A stretch of DNA of 64,000 nt from an uncultured bacterium. Its GTDB lineage: Bacteria > Planctomycetota > UBA1135 > GCA-002686595. Positions 53,585 to 63,750 of this stretch are shown piece after piece (the stretch's first letter is position 1; the number at the start of each line of letters is the position of its first letter). The stretch lies in contig CALSNU010000006.1 in the NCBI GenBank assembly GCA_943787795.1, positions 529,817 through 593,816 of the forward strand. The letters are read 5' to 3'. The notes beneath the pieces were generated by a model that saw only the letters and a list, made by a program, of their open reading frames with translations, was not told where the DNA came from and did no database searches. The position numbers and the translations under genes were made by a program.

Positions 53585-55492
53585 GTGCTCTGGCTCCCCA
53601 TGATCGTCCTGACCGCTGGGGTCTACCCCGAAGGGACGACGGAGCTCGCGCAGGAAGAGGGTCGGATCGATCCCGTGGTGATCCGGATCGAATCCGGCGC
53701 CGACCTCGAGGCGGCCGCCCGCCGGGTCCGCCTGAGGCTCTCCCAGCACCCGGGCGCCGACGTGCCGGGCGCCGATATTCCAAGCGCCGACATGCCGAGC
53801 GCCGACATCATCGTCGAGCTCGAGCAAGGCACCTATTCACTCGCGGCCCCCCTGGTCCTCGACGCTCGCGATGGCGGAGGCACGTCGCGCCAGGTGACCT
53901 GGCGCGCGGTGCCAGGCGAGACGGTGACGTTCAGCGGCGCGAACGCGGCGACGCCCTGGCGCGAGGACGAGGACGGGAGCTGGTCCGCGCCAGCCAGCGG
54001 CCCCCTGGTACGGCAGCTCTTCATGGGCGGCGAGCGCCGCCATCGCGCTCGCTGGCCCCGCGAAGGCTGGCTGCGACTGGAGAAAGAAGGCCCGGACAGG
54101 AGGACCTCCTTCCGCTTCCGCTCGGGCGACCTCGCCCCCTGGGAGCGGCGCCCCGCCGCCGGGCTGGCCGGGTCCGAGCTCCTGCTCCTGCACGACTGGT
54201 CCATGAGCCGCGTGGGCGTGGCCTCCATCGACGGGGAGAGCCGCTGGCTTACCGCGACCGACACCATCGGCGGGTACCTTCCCTTCTTCTTCCTGACCAA
54301 CTTCGAGCCCCACCCTCGATACGCGCTGGAGAACGTCGCCCCGGGCTGGAGCCAGCCCGGCGACTGGTGGCACGACGTGGGCGCCGGACGGTTGCGCTAC
54401 CTGCCGATGCCGCGAGAGCAACTGGGAGAGGCGCCCCCCACCGTCCCCGCACTCCAGACCCTGGTCGAGATCAGGGGCACCGAAGAGGCGCCGGTGCGCG
54501 GCCTCGCCTTCGAGGGCATCACCTTCGCCCACACACGGGCCATGTCACCGACCGGCGGGTACGCGGGCATCCAGGCCGCCTTCCATGACCAGCGCGCCGA
54601 CGCGCAGCCCCACCCCGAGCGCCCGTCCCCTGCCGCGGTGCACGTGCGCTTCGCCTGCGGCGTCCGGTTCGCCAACTGCCAGTTCCGCGCCCTCGGCGCC
54701 AGCGCCCTGTGGCTCGCCGAAGGCGTCCAGGGCGCCCAGGTCCAGCGGTGCAACTTCGAGGATGTGGGAGCCAACGGCCTGATGATCGGCACCCCGAAGG
54801 AGCCCGGCGAGGCGGACGTCGAGGGCCTCCTGACCCGCTCGGTCACCTGCGCTGACAGCACCGTGGAGCGCTGCGGCGCCGTCTACATGGGGGCGGTGGG
54901 CATCTGGATCGGGATCGCCCGGGACGTCCATGTCCACCACAACGAGCTCCGCCGCCTCCCCTACACCGGCATCTCCCTCGGCTGGATCTGGAGCCCGCGC
55001 CCCAGCCCGAGCGCAGGGCATGTCATCGAGCACAACCACATCCACCACGTGATGCAGCGGCTCTCGGACGGCGGCGGGATCTACACCATCGGGCGCCACC
55101 CGGACTCCCACCTGCGGCACAACCTGATCCACGACGTCCCCATCAACCTGGGCCGCGCCGGGAGCAACGGCTTCTTCATCGACCAGGGCTCCAGCGAGCT
55201 CACCATCTCGGAAAACGTCGTCCACTCCATCGCGCGCTCCCCCGTGCGCTTCCACATGGCGGGTCCCTGCACCCTCGAGGGCAACACCCTCGTCAGCGCC
55301 GAGTCGGTGGCGACCTTCCGCTACGACAGCTGTGACCCGCAGACGATGAGCCTGGTCAACAATCAGAACTTGACCTCTCCCCCGTGGCGTCCATCGAAGA
55401 CCCCGCCCCTCGAGGTCGGCCCGCGACCGCCAGCGGGCCAAGGCCGCGCCCGTCCAGACCGCCAGGCTGCCCCGACTCCACATCGCCGCTGA
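53585..55492 (+). CDS. Right-handed parallel beta-helix protein (GH141-like carbohydrate-active enzyme)
   Basis: GTG with TAGGCT 6 nt upstream. GTYSL, RQLF..G.R..RARWP, HNEL..LPYTGISLGW, NHIHHVMQ.LSDGGGIYT.G, DQGSS. Confidence 0.8.
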   Translation: MLWLPMIVLTAGVYPEGTTELAQEEGRIDPVVIRIESGADLEAAARRVRLRLSQHPGADVPGADIPSADMPSADIIVELEQGTYSLAAPLVLDARDGGGTSRQVTWRAVPGETVTFSGANAATPWREDEDGSWSAPASGPLVRQLFMGGERRHRARWPREGWLRLEKEGPDRRTSFRFRSGDLAPWERRPAAGLAGSELLLLHDWSMSRVGVASIDGESRWLTATDTIGGYLPFFFLTNFEPHPRYALENVAPGWSQPGDWWHDVGAGRLRYLPMPREQLGEAPPTVPALQTLVEIRGTEEAPVRGLAFEGITFAHTRAMSPTGGYAGIQAAFHDQRADAQPHPERPSPAAVHVRFACGVRFANCQFRALGASALWLAEGVQGAQVQRCNFEDVGANGLMIGTPKEPGEADVEGLLTRSVTCADSTVERCGAVYMGAVGIWIGIARDVHVHHNELRRLPYTGISLGWIWSPRPSPSAGHVIEHNHIHHVMQRLSDGGGIYTIGRHPDSHLRHNLIHDVPINLGRAGSNGFFIDQGSSELTISENVVHSIARSPVRFHMAGPCTLEGNTLVSAESVATFRYDSCDPQTMSLVNNQNLTSPPWRPSKTPPLEVGPRPPAGQGRARPDRQAAPTPHRR

Positions 55493-55787
55493 GGAACCCC
55501 GCGCCCCGGAGGCCCTCCAGCGACTCGCGGCCCACCTCGACCTCACCCGCGGGTGCACTCCGCCGGTGGACGCGCAAGCCCTCGACCCCGAGTCCCTCAC
55601 CGCGCCGGAGGTCACCTTCTAGACCGCGCGCCTCGCGGGCGATCTCCTCGCGGTGGGCGCCCCCTCCGGCTCGTTGGAGGCTCCTCCACGCCGCCTTGGT
55701 AGCCTGGGGCGAGCCCCTTCCTCGACCCGACGCCGCGATGGACGGGGCGCGCCCCGCCAAGCTCCCGCCGCCCACAGATCGCCTGCC

Positions 55788-56618
55788 ATGCGCCATCTCC
55801 TCCACCCCTCTGCCCTCCTCGCCGCCTTCCTCCTCACGGTCTCCTGCGACCTCCAGCGGGCACCCGCCGAAGCTGCCCCGCCGGTGATCATCGACCTCTC
55901 CCACACCTACGACGACACCACCGTCTACTGGCCGACGGCCGAGGGCTTCCAGCTGCGACAGGACTCCCGGGGCTGGAACGACCGAGGCTTCTACTACGAG
56001 GCGAACACCTTCACCACGGCCGAGCATGGCGGCACGCACCTCGACGCCCCCGTGCACTTCGCAGAGGGAATGCGCTCGGTGGACGAGATCCCCCTCGATC
56101 AGCTGATCGGCCCCGGGGTCGTCGTGGACGTCACCGAGGCCTGCGCCGCAGACCGCGACCACCTGGTCTCCCTGGACGAGCTCCTCGCCCACGAGGCCGC
56201 CCACGGCGAGATCCCCGACGGCGCCATCGTGCTGCTCTTCACTGGCTTCAGCCGGCGCTGGCCAGATCGGGCGTCCTACATGGGAACCGAGGTCCGCGGC
56301 GCGGAGGGGGTGCAGCAGCTGCACTTCCCCGGGCTTCACCCTGACGCCGCGCGCTGGCTCGTGGAGGAGCGGGGGATCGGGGCCGTGGGACTCGACACGC
56401 CCAGCATCGACCACGGCCCTTCCGTGGAGTTCCTGACCCACCGGGCCCTCTTCGAGGCGAACGTCCCGGCCTTCGAGAACGTGGCCAACCTGCACCAGCT
56501 CCCGCCCCGGGGCGCGGAGATCATCGCGCTCCCCATGAAGATCCGCCGGGGCAGCGGCGCCCCCGCCCGCATCATCGCGGTCCTCCATGGCGAGCGAGGC
56601 CCCTCGAGCGACCGCTGA
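55788..56618 (+). CDS. Cyclase family (kynurenine formamidase-like) metallohydrolase, probable lipoprotein
   Basis: ATG 55788. TVSC lipobox-like; IDLSH, EHGGTHLDAPVHF, DTPSID, FENV, LPMKI..GSGAPAR. Confidence 0.9.
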   Translation: MRHLLHPSALLAAFLLTVSCDLQRAPAEAAPPVIIDLSHTYDDTTVYWPTAEGFQLRQDSRGWNDRGFYYEANTFTTAEHGGTHLDAPVHFAEGMRSVDEIPLDQLIGPGVVVDVTEACAADRDHLVSLDELLAHEAAHGEIPDGAIVLLFTGFSRRWPDRASYMGTEVRGAEGVQQLHFPGLHPDAARWLVEERGIGAVGLDTPSIDHGPSVEFLTHRALFEANVPAFENVANLHQLPPRGAEIIALPMKIRRGSGAPARIIAVLHGERGPSSDR

Positions 56619-56731
56619 GTTCATCACTGCCTGCCCCCCCCCTGCAGTCGCCCCTGCGGTCGCCCCAGCCGGGTCACCGTACTGCCCCGGACGCACAGGG
56701 GACCGGCCCCGCGTGGCGATCGAGCCTCGGC

Positions 56732-56737
56732 TAGGAT
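56732..56737 (+). promoter_or_regulatory. -10 box TAGGAT, 6 nt before ATG 56744
   Basis: Seen in sequence. Confidence 0.6.
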
Positions 56738-56743
56738 TCCGCC

Positions 56744-58117
56744 ATGCGCCTCCTCCTGCTCTCCGCCCTCTCCGCCTGCACAGGCGCGCCCGACGTCCCG
56801 CAACCCGCCGAGCGGCCCAACGTGGTCCTCGTCCTCGTCGACGACCTCGGCGCCTTCGATATCGGGTGCTACGGGAACCCCGCGGTCAACACGCCCCGCA
56901 TCGACAGGTTCAGCCGGGAGGCCGTACGCTTCACCGACGGGTACGCCGCCGCGCCCGTCTGCTCCCCCACCCGCGCCTCGATCATGACGGGCAAGTCGCC
57001 GGCGCGGATCCGGATCACCAACCACGCGCCGGACGACGAGCGGTTCTGGCCCGACGATCCGATCCTCGAGCCGGCGCCAATGCTCGACCGGCTCCCCCTT
57101 GAGGAGGTGACCCTCGCCGAGCTCCTCTCGGCCGCCGGCTACGACACGGCCTTCATGGGAAAGTGGCACCTCGCCCCCCAGCGAGTCGACGACGCCAACG
57201 AGTGGTTCCCTGACCGGCAGGGCTTCGACATCAACCTCGGCGGGAACGGCGCCGGCGGTCCCGGGCGGTTCTTCGCGCCCTACCGCTTCCCCAACCTAGA
57301 TTCGCGCGTAGACGGTGAGTACCTGCCGTACCGTCTCGGAGAGGAGGCCGTCGCCTACCTGGAGGATCAGGCTGACGACGACGACCCGTTCTTTCTCGCG
57401 CTCTGGCACTACACCGTGCACTGGCCGATCGAGGCGCCGGAGGAGCTCGTCGAGAGCTACACCGCGCGCGGCGACCAGCCTGGTATCAAGATGCCCGAAT
57501 ACGCCGCGATGACCGAGGCCCTCGACCAGGTCTTCGGGAGGGTCCTCGACGCCCTCGAGCGCACGGGACAGGCAGAGGACACCGTGGTCATCTTCACCTC
57601 CGACAACGGAGCCCTGCACAGCGTCGCCGATCTCGGGCCCCTGCGGAAGGCGAAGGGCTACCTCTACGAGGGCGGACTCCGGGTGCCGTTCATGGTCCGC
57701 TGGCCCGGCGTCACCGAGGCTGGCCGCGTGGACTCCACCCCGGTCATCTCCACGGACCTCTTTCCCACGATCCTCACGGCCTGCGGCGTCGCGCTGCCCG
57801 AGGACTACTGCGGTGATGGCGCTGACCTTGGAGGAGCCTTGAAAGGAGGCTCTCTCGACCGCGCGGCCATTCACTTCCACTACCCCAACTACGCCTGGCA
57901 CCGGTCCAACCGGCTCGGCGGCGCGATCCGAGCGGGCCGGCACAAGCTCATCGAGCGCTTCGACGACGGGAGCCTGGAGCTCTTCGACCTCCAGGAGGAC
58001 CTGGGAGAGGAGATCAACCTCGCCGCGCAGCAGCCCGAGCTGGCCGAGGACCTCCGGCGTCAGCTCGATGACTGGCGAGAGCGCGTCGACGCGGCCATGC
58101 CTGTCCGGGTTCGCTGA
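56744..58117 (+). CDS. Formylglycine-dependent sulfatase (S1), lipoprotein
   Basis: LSAC lipobox; PNVV...DDLG, CSPTRASIMTG, GKWHL, HWP, SDNG, KGYLYEGG.RVP. Confidence 0.95.
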   Translation: MRLLLLSALSACTGAPDVPQPAERPNVVLVLVDDLGAFDIGCYGNPAVNTPRIDRFSREAVRFTDGYAAAPVCSPTRASIMTGKSPARIRITNHAPDDERFWPDDPILEPAPMLDRLPLEEVTLAELLSAAGYDTAFMGKWHLAPQRVDDANEWFPDRQGFDINLGGNGAGGPGRFFAPYRFPNLDSRVDGEYLPYRLGEEAVAYLEDQADDDDPFFLALWHYTVHWPIEAPEELVESYTARGDQPGIKMPEYAAMTEALDQVFGRVLDALERTGQAEDTVVIFTSDNGALHSVADLGPLRKAKGYLYEGGLRVPFMVRWPGVTEAGRVDSTPVISTDLFPTILTACGVALPEDYCGDGADLGGALKGGSLDRAAIHFHYPNYAWHRSNRLGGAIRAGRHKLIERFDDGSLELFDLQEDLGEEINLAAQQPELAEDLRRQLDDWRERVDAAMPVRVR

Positions 58118-58126
58118 CGCCCCCGA

Positions 58127-58244
58127 GCCGTGGCGGCAAGACAGGGGCCGTGGCGGCAAGACAGGGGCCGTGGCGGCAAGACAGGGGCCGTGGCGGCAAG
58201 ACAGGGGCCGTGGCGGCAAGACAGGGGCCGTGGCGGCAAGACAG
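58127..58244. repeat. Perfect 20-bp tandem repeat (gccgtggcggcaagacaggg) x5.9
   Basis: Units from 58127 in steps of 20, starting 10 nt after the sulfatase stop. Confidence 0.95.
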
Positions 58245-58760
58245 CAGGCGCGTCGCCCAACCCGGGACTCCTGCGACCGGAGTCGAGTCGGCGCCCGCCG
58301 TCCCACCGCGGCGCCGCCCCGTTCATCTCTCGGGGACCGAGTCATCTCCTGGAGCCCGAGGCCCGGGCGTCTCTCGGAGACCGCCGTCGGGCTCCAGCCG
58401 ACCTGGTCGTCGTACCCGACGGCCCCGGCGGCGAGCCGATCGATGAGTAGGCACCGGAGCTTGGGGCGTGTCAGAGACAAGCCTCGCCAGGGAGCCCCCG
58501 CCCGCCGTCCGGTCGACTCCTTGCTCGCTCTCCCGGGAGCCGCCTCCCCCGGCGGCGGCACGCCGGAGTCGAGCCTGGTCGGCGGGGGCGGCCGTGCAAG
58601 AAACTGCGTCGGGCTGTCGCGCCCCGTCAATTCTCGCTCGGAAGCCGCTGGATCCTCCGCTGCTGGCGAACAGAATCGACCTCACTGAGCGCGAGGGCGT
58701 GCGCCCTTCCCCATCCGCGATTGCAGGGACCGTTCCTGTCACCGCATCGAGACCAGACCT

Positions 58761-60062
58761 TTGACCCTCCAAGTTACGGCGCCCCCGTTCTCCGTCATCG
58801 CGGAGGCAGGGGCTTCCGCGCAGCCCTCCATCGACACGGGCACGACCGCGTGGATGCTCGTGAGCACCGCGCTGGTGCTGCTGACGTTCCCCGGACTCGC
58901 CATGTTCTACGGCGGGCTGGTGCGGACCAAGAACGTCCTCGGGACGATGATGCACAGCTTCGCCGCGATGGCGATCATCGGCGTGCTCTGGGTCGCCGTC
59001 GGCTACGCCATCTCCTTCGGCGACAGCGTCTCCCTCGGCGGCAGCGGCTCCCTTGGCGGCAGCGTCGGCGGCATCTTCGGCTGGGACTCGAGCAAGGTCC
59101 TCCTGGCGGGGATTGACCAGACCATCATGGAGGGCGGGATTCCCGAGTACGTCTTCGCGATGTTCCAAGGGAAGTTCGCCATCATCACGCCAGCCCTGAT
59201 CGCGGGCGCCTTCGCTGAACGCGTGCGCTTTCTCGGCTACTGTGTGTTCATCGCGCTCTGGAGCCTGCTGATCTACAACCCGCTGGCCCACATCATCTGG
59301 GGCGGCGGCTTCCTGACCGGGGACGCCATCGACTTCGCCGGCGGCACCGTGATCCACATCTCCGCAGGCGTCGCGGGCCTCGTCGCGGCCCTCTACCTCG
59401 GCGCGCGGCGCGGGTTCCCTAGGGTCGCGATGCACCCCAACAACCTCGTCATGACCATGATGGGAGCTGGCCTGCTGTGGGTGGGCTGGTTTGGGTTCAA
59501 CGCGGGCAGCTCGGTCGAGAGCGGGCTGAAGACGGCGCAAGCCCTCACGGCCACGCAGGCGGCGGCCGCGGCCGGCGCGCTCGGGTGGATGATCATCGAG
59601 GGCTGGAGGCACGGCAAGGCCACCAGCCTGGGGCTCGTCTCCGGCATCCTGGCCGGACTCGTCGCGGTCACGCCCGCGGCCGGGGACGTCCTCCCCGTGG
59701 GGGCCATGGCCCTCGGCCTCATGGCCTCGGCGGCCTGCTACGGTGCGATCGCGGTCAAGAACCGCCTCGGCTACGACGACACCCTCGACGTCTTCGGGAT
59801 CCACGGCGTCGGCGGCATCGTCGGGGCCCTCGGCCTCACCGCCTTTCTGCGCGACGTCCCCGAGGGCGGGGTCTGGGCCCAGTTCGCGCACCAGGTCACA
59901 GGCGTCCTGGTGGCCGGCAGCGCCTCCGCAATCGGGACCTTGGTCCTCCTCGTCCTCGTGGAGCGCACCGTCGGACTCCGGCTCGAGGAGCGCGGCGAGC
60001 TGGCAGGCATGGACCACAGCATGCACGGCGAGCACGGCTACGGCCTGCTGAACCCCAACTGA
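58761..60062 (+). CDS. amtB: Ammonium transporter (start uncertain)
   Basis: PGLAMFYGGLVR.KN, FQGKFAIITPAL, DFAGGTVIH, LWVGWFGFNAGS, DDTLDVFGIHG (twin His intact). Confidence 0.95.
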   Translation: MTLQVTAPPFSVIAEAGASAQPSIDTGTTAWMLVSTALVLLTFPGLAMFYGGLVRTKNVLGTMMHSFAAMAIIGVLWVAVGYAISFGDSVSLGGSGSLGGSVGGIFGWDSSKVLLAGIDQTIMEGGIPEYVFAMFQGKFAIITPALIAGAFAERVRFLGYCVFIALWSLLIYNPLAHIIWGGGFLTGDAIDFAGGTVIHISAGVAGLVAALYLGARRGFPRVAMHPNNLVMTMMGAGLLWVGWFGFNAGSSVESGLKTAQALTATQAAAAAGALGWMIIEGWRHGKATSLGLVSGILAGLVAVTPAAGDVLPVGAMALGLMASAACYGAIAVKNRLGYDDTLDVFGIHGVGGIVGALGLTAFLRDVPEGGVWAQFAHQVTGVLVAGSASAIGTLVLLVLVERTVGLRLEERGELAGMDHSMHGEHGYGLLNPN

Positions 60063-60081
60063 GCGCCGAGGACAGCACACC

Positions 60082-60423
60082 ATGAAGCTCATCACCGCCA
60101 TCATCTGCCCCGAGCGACTGGACCAGGTCCGGCAAGCGCTGATCAAGGCAGACATCACCCGCATCACCGTGACCCGTTGCTCGGGCCGCGGCCAGGCGGA
60201 GAGCCTCGAGATCTACCGCGGCCTCGAGGTGGGCCCGGAACTGGTCCCCAAGGTCCGGCTCGACATCGCGTGCAACGACGACTTCGCCCAGGTCACCATC
60301 GATGCCATCCTCGAGGCTGCCCGCCGGGGTGAGGGCGAGGTGGGCGACGGCAAGATCTTCGTCACCGAGCTCCAGCAGTGCATCCGGATCCGGACCGGTG
60401 AGTCCGGGGGCACTGCGATCTGA
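60082..60423 (+). CDS. glnK: P-II nitrogen regulatory protein
   Basis: MKLITAII.P, YRG, PKV, GDGKIFV, IRIRTGE; directly downstream of amt. Confidence 0.92.
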   Translation: MKLITAIICPERLDQVRQALIKADITRITVTRCSGRGQAESLEIYRGLEVGPELVPKVRLDIACNDDFAQVTIDAILEAARRGEGEVGDGKIFVTELQQCIRIRTGESGGTAI

Positions 60424-60441
60424 CTCCAGAGGCAGGCGAGG

Positions 60442-61440
60442 ATGGCACGAACCACCCGCCACGCCTCAGCTGCCCCACGCCCGCCCCGCCGCCCAGGAGC
60501 CGCCCAGGAGCCGCCAGTCCCCCTGGCCACCGGCGTCCACGTCTCGCCAGGATGCGCAGCCGCCCTCGACTCGCCCGCACCAGCTCTCGGTCCGGCGACA
60601 CGCGGCTCGGACGCGGCTCGGACGCGGCTCGGACGCGGACCCTTCGACTGTCTCGCAACGGAGCCTGTCACCGGGCCACGCTTCAGGGAAGCTCCGGGGC
60701 CGGACGATGATGGCCCCATGGAGCTTCGGTCAGGCGAGCGCCCCGAGAGGGAGAGCCAAGGCGTCGACCTTGACCGCGGAACTCCCGCCGAGTTACTCGG
60801 CGAAGGGCCTCCCAGCGCAGGGCCTCCCAGCGCAGGGCCTCCCACGGCGGAGCCCTCGGACGCACCGGCCCCTTGGCCGCCCCCGTTCACCAAGACCCCA
60901 CGCTTCCCGTTGGTCCCGGAGCGTGAGGCGCCCTTGAGGCTCGACCCGTCCTCCCTCCCGGTCCCAGATCCAGAGTTCACCCCGACCCGCCTCTCCTCAA
61001 AGACGCCCCAAGAGTCACACGGCGAGCACAAGGTCCAGGCCGCGGCCTTTGACCGGAGGAACCCCAGCGGCCGCACTCGGCGCGATCGCGTGCTGCGACC
61101 GACCGCCGAGGATCGGGGCCGAGCGCAGGTGGCCCGGCGACTCAGCGCCGTGGGCTGCGGGATCCTCGTCGTCGCGCTCACCACCCCCCTCCTCGCAAGC
61201 CTCTCCTTCGGGGGCTGGCTCCTCATGACGACCGGAGGAGCGCTTGCGGGCCTTGCGGCCCTGGAGACCACGGACTCCGAGGCGTCCTGGCCCATCGCCA
61301 TGGCGGTCCTCGGGAGCCTCCTCGGACTCTTCCACGGACCCGCTGCCCTCGCCATCCTGAAGGCTCCGATCGGCGCGCTCGCCTTCGCCCTGACGGGCTG
61401 GTTGATGGGGAAGCTTCGCGAAATCCACAACGTCGGCTAG
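60442..61440 (+). CDS. Hypothetical membrane protein; low-complexity N-terminal half, true start uncertain
   Basis: Four TM-like segments after ~61140; N-terminal part is Pro-rich with internal 11-bp and 15-bp repeats. Confidence 0.45.
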   Translation: MARTTRHASAAPRPPRRPGAAQEPPVPLATGVHVSPGCAAALDSPAPALGPATRGSDAARTRLGRGPFDCLATEPVTGPRFREAPGPDDDGPMELRSGERPERESQGVDLDRGTPAELLGEGPPSAGPPSAGPPTAEPSDAPAPWPPPFTKTPRFPLVPEREAPLRLDPSSLPVPDPEFTPTRLSSKTPQESHGEHKVQAAAFDRRNPSGRTRRDRVLRPTAEDRGRAQVARRLSAVGCGILVVALTTPLLASLSFGGWLLMTTGGALAGLAALETTDSEASWPIAMAVLGSLLGLFHGPAALAILKAPIGALAFALTGWLMGKLREIHNVG

Positions 61441-61767
61441 CGATGGCGAAGGGGAGCGTCCGGCACTCCGGAGTCCCACCGGGCCTCAGCAGCCGTGAGG
61501 GCGCCGACGGCCCCGTCCAACAGTGCGCTCGATGACATCACGACGCCTGTGCCATCCACGGCGGACGCAGGATCACTGGTGGACCGAACTCGAGCCTGGG
61601 ATGCCCCGCCCTGTGACGCTCGGGGGCGGCTCCTGAGCTAAGGGAGTCGATTGACGCGCATGGTCGCCGCTTCGGTGCTTAGTCTCGACCGTCGCGGACC
61701 GATGACCTCCCCCGGAGGAGATCGCTCTTCGCGCCGCTCGCCCCCTTCGGCGAAGGAGATCCCAGAC

Positions 61768-62754
61768 ATGACCACTCAACGCCTCCCCACGAGGCTCCTT
61801 CCGGCGCTGGCCGTGGCCGCCGGCCTCTCCGGCGCCCACGTCCACGGCGAGGATGCACGCATCACCTGCACAGGAACGGTGACCTCGATCAACGGGGCGG
61901 GACTCCCCGGCACCCCGTTCTCGTCCACCAGCCCCGGGGACCGGGTCACGATCACGTTCGACGCCGAGATCGCCCGCCAGCTTCCGTTCGGCGAGTACCT
62001 CTACACCGTCAACACACCGTCATCGTCGATCACCGTGGGGCAGGCCACGGATGGGCTCGGGTTCTCCACCCTGAACCGACTCAACATCCGAAACGACTTC
62101 GGCCAGCTCGGGGACCTCTTCGCGATCAACGCCCAGCTCGGCAGCGATCCCTCCACGAGTTTTCTCGTCCAGCTCGTGGATGTCACCGCGGCCGCGCTTG
62201 CATCGCAGGATGTCAGAGACCTTTACGGAACGAGCCTGACGCTCTCGAGCTTCATCCCCTTCGCCTCCATCAACGGACCCAGCGGGACGGTCCAGTTCGA
62301 CGTGGAGGCGGTCGCGGTGGATGCGGCTCCGGGGACCACGCTAGGTGCCCCGTACTGCCAAGCCTCTCCCAATTCCACGGGCGCCGCGGGGACGACCCGG
62401 GCGTACGGCCTGCAGGCACCGGGAGAGAATGACCTCTCGGTCACGGCGACCGGGCTTCCCACGCAGACGTTCGGCTACTTCCTCGTCAGCGCCACCCAGG
62501 CCTTCGCGCCGGGTGCCGGCGGGAGCGACGGCAACCTCTGCCTCGGGGGCGCCGTCGGCCGGTTCGTGGGACAGGGGCAGATCATGCAGTCCGACTTCGG
62601 CGGCGAGATCTCCCTGCCGGTGGACCTCACCCAGCTCCCGAGCCCCACGGGTTCCGTGGCCGTTCAGGCTGGGGAGACCTGGAACTTCCAGCTCTGGCAC
62701 CGCGACGGTGCGTCCTCCAACTTCACGCAGGGCTGCTCTGTGACCTTCCTCTGA
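61768..62754 (+). CDS. Secreted protein, beta-sandwich N-domain + C-terminal WxRD domain
   Basis: AAGGAG before ATG 61768; signal peptide; GAPYC..NSTG...LCLGG...WNFQLWHRD..SNFTQGCSVTFL. Confidence 0.85.
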   Translation: MTTQRLPTRLLPALAVAAGLSGAHVHGEDARITCTGTVTSINGAGLPGTPFSSTSPGDRVTITFDAEIARQLPFGEYLYTVNTPSSSITVGQATDGLGFSTLNRLNIRNDFGQLGDLFAINAQLGSDPSTSFLVQLVDVTAAALASQDVRDLYGTSLTLSSFIPFASINGPSGTVQFDVEAVAVDAAPGTTLGAPYCQASPNSTGAAGTTRAYGLQAPGENDLSVTATGLPTQTFGYFLVSATQAFAPGAGGSDGNLCLGGAVGRFVGQGQIMQSDFGGEISLPVDLTQLPSPTGSVAVQAGETWNFQLWHRDGASSNFTQGCSVTFL

Positions 62755-63185
62755 GGGCCGCTCCGCGACAGGAGGGGCCCAGGCGGACCCGACCGCGCAG
62801 CGGGCAAGCCTCTCCGCCCCCCCCCCGACAACTCCGATTCCCCCCCCCCCCACGATCCCACGCTCCGCCAAGTCGCAGCTTGGATCGCTTATCCCGCTCG
62901 CCCCGCTCGACCCGCTCGACCCCCCGACAGGGGCGCGGGCCGGCAACGTCCAGGTCGTCGACGCGTCCACCGGCGCGCCGATCGAGCGAAAGTACGGAGC
63001 CAGGCACCCATCCACCGCTCGTCGGGGGCGTTCCCCCCAGGTGTTGCTCTGCCCTCGTTGCGCGGCCTGCCGCCCATCCCGATTAAAGCTCTCCCACGGA
63101 GAGCTTTTCGACCTCGGGGCGCTAGACTTTGGGCTCCGACGGAGCGCTCCGCGCGCATCCAGACCCGCGAAAAAGCCAAGGATCC

Positions 63186-63680
63186 ATGAAGACCGTCGCC
63201 ACCGACAAGTTCAGATCGCAGGACTCCCGCCGCGGCGCCGCAGTGGTCGGTTGCCTCCTCAAGACCCTCGCCACGGGGCTGGTCGGCGTGCTCATCCTGG
63301 GCGGCTTGGGCTACATGACGTTCTTCTCGACGTCGCACCACAACACCACCAGCTTCATGTTCCCCATGTACGGGGACCTGACGCCGCCCAAGGCCACGGA
63401 CATCACCCTCCACGCCGCCGGTCTCGACCACACCGCCCAGTACACCGTCAGCAAGGCAGACCTGGAGAGGTTCCTCGAGGCGCACTTCCAGGGCTTCGAG
63501 GGTCCTGACCCCATCGACGAAGAGTGGTTCGACAGGGTCCTCGAGGGCTCCAGGGGAGTCGACTGGCCCTGGCACGAGGGGGTGGTGAACTACGACATGT
63601 GGATGGCGAGGGGCACCTCGCACAGGATCCTGTACGACCCCAAGACCGGGCGCGCCTACCAGGAGTCGGCCCACTGGTAA
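63186..63680 (+). CDS. Hypothetical protein with N-terminal TM helix
   Basis: ATG 63186; GCLLKTLATGLVGVLILGGLGY; high-GC3 codons. Confidence 0.7.
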   Translation: MKTVATDKFRSQDSRRGAAVVGCLLKTLATGLVGVLILGGLGYMTFFSTSHHNTTSFMFPMYGDLTPPKATDITLHAAGLDHTAQYTVSKADLERFLEAHFQGFEGPDPIDEEWFDRVLEGSRGVDWPWHEGVVNYDMWMARGTSHRILYDPKTGRAYQESAHW

Positions 63681-63750
63681 GGAAGGCCCCCCGCCTCGTC
63701 GTGGGGACTCGCCCCCCGAGGGCCTGCGGTGCGCGGAGCCCGGCGTGAGT

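Noticed and set aside
58245..58760. Sigma54 promoter, NtrC site or riboswitch upstream of amt
   Set aside because: No TGGCAC-N5-TTGC or recognisable aptamer consensus found by eye.
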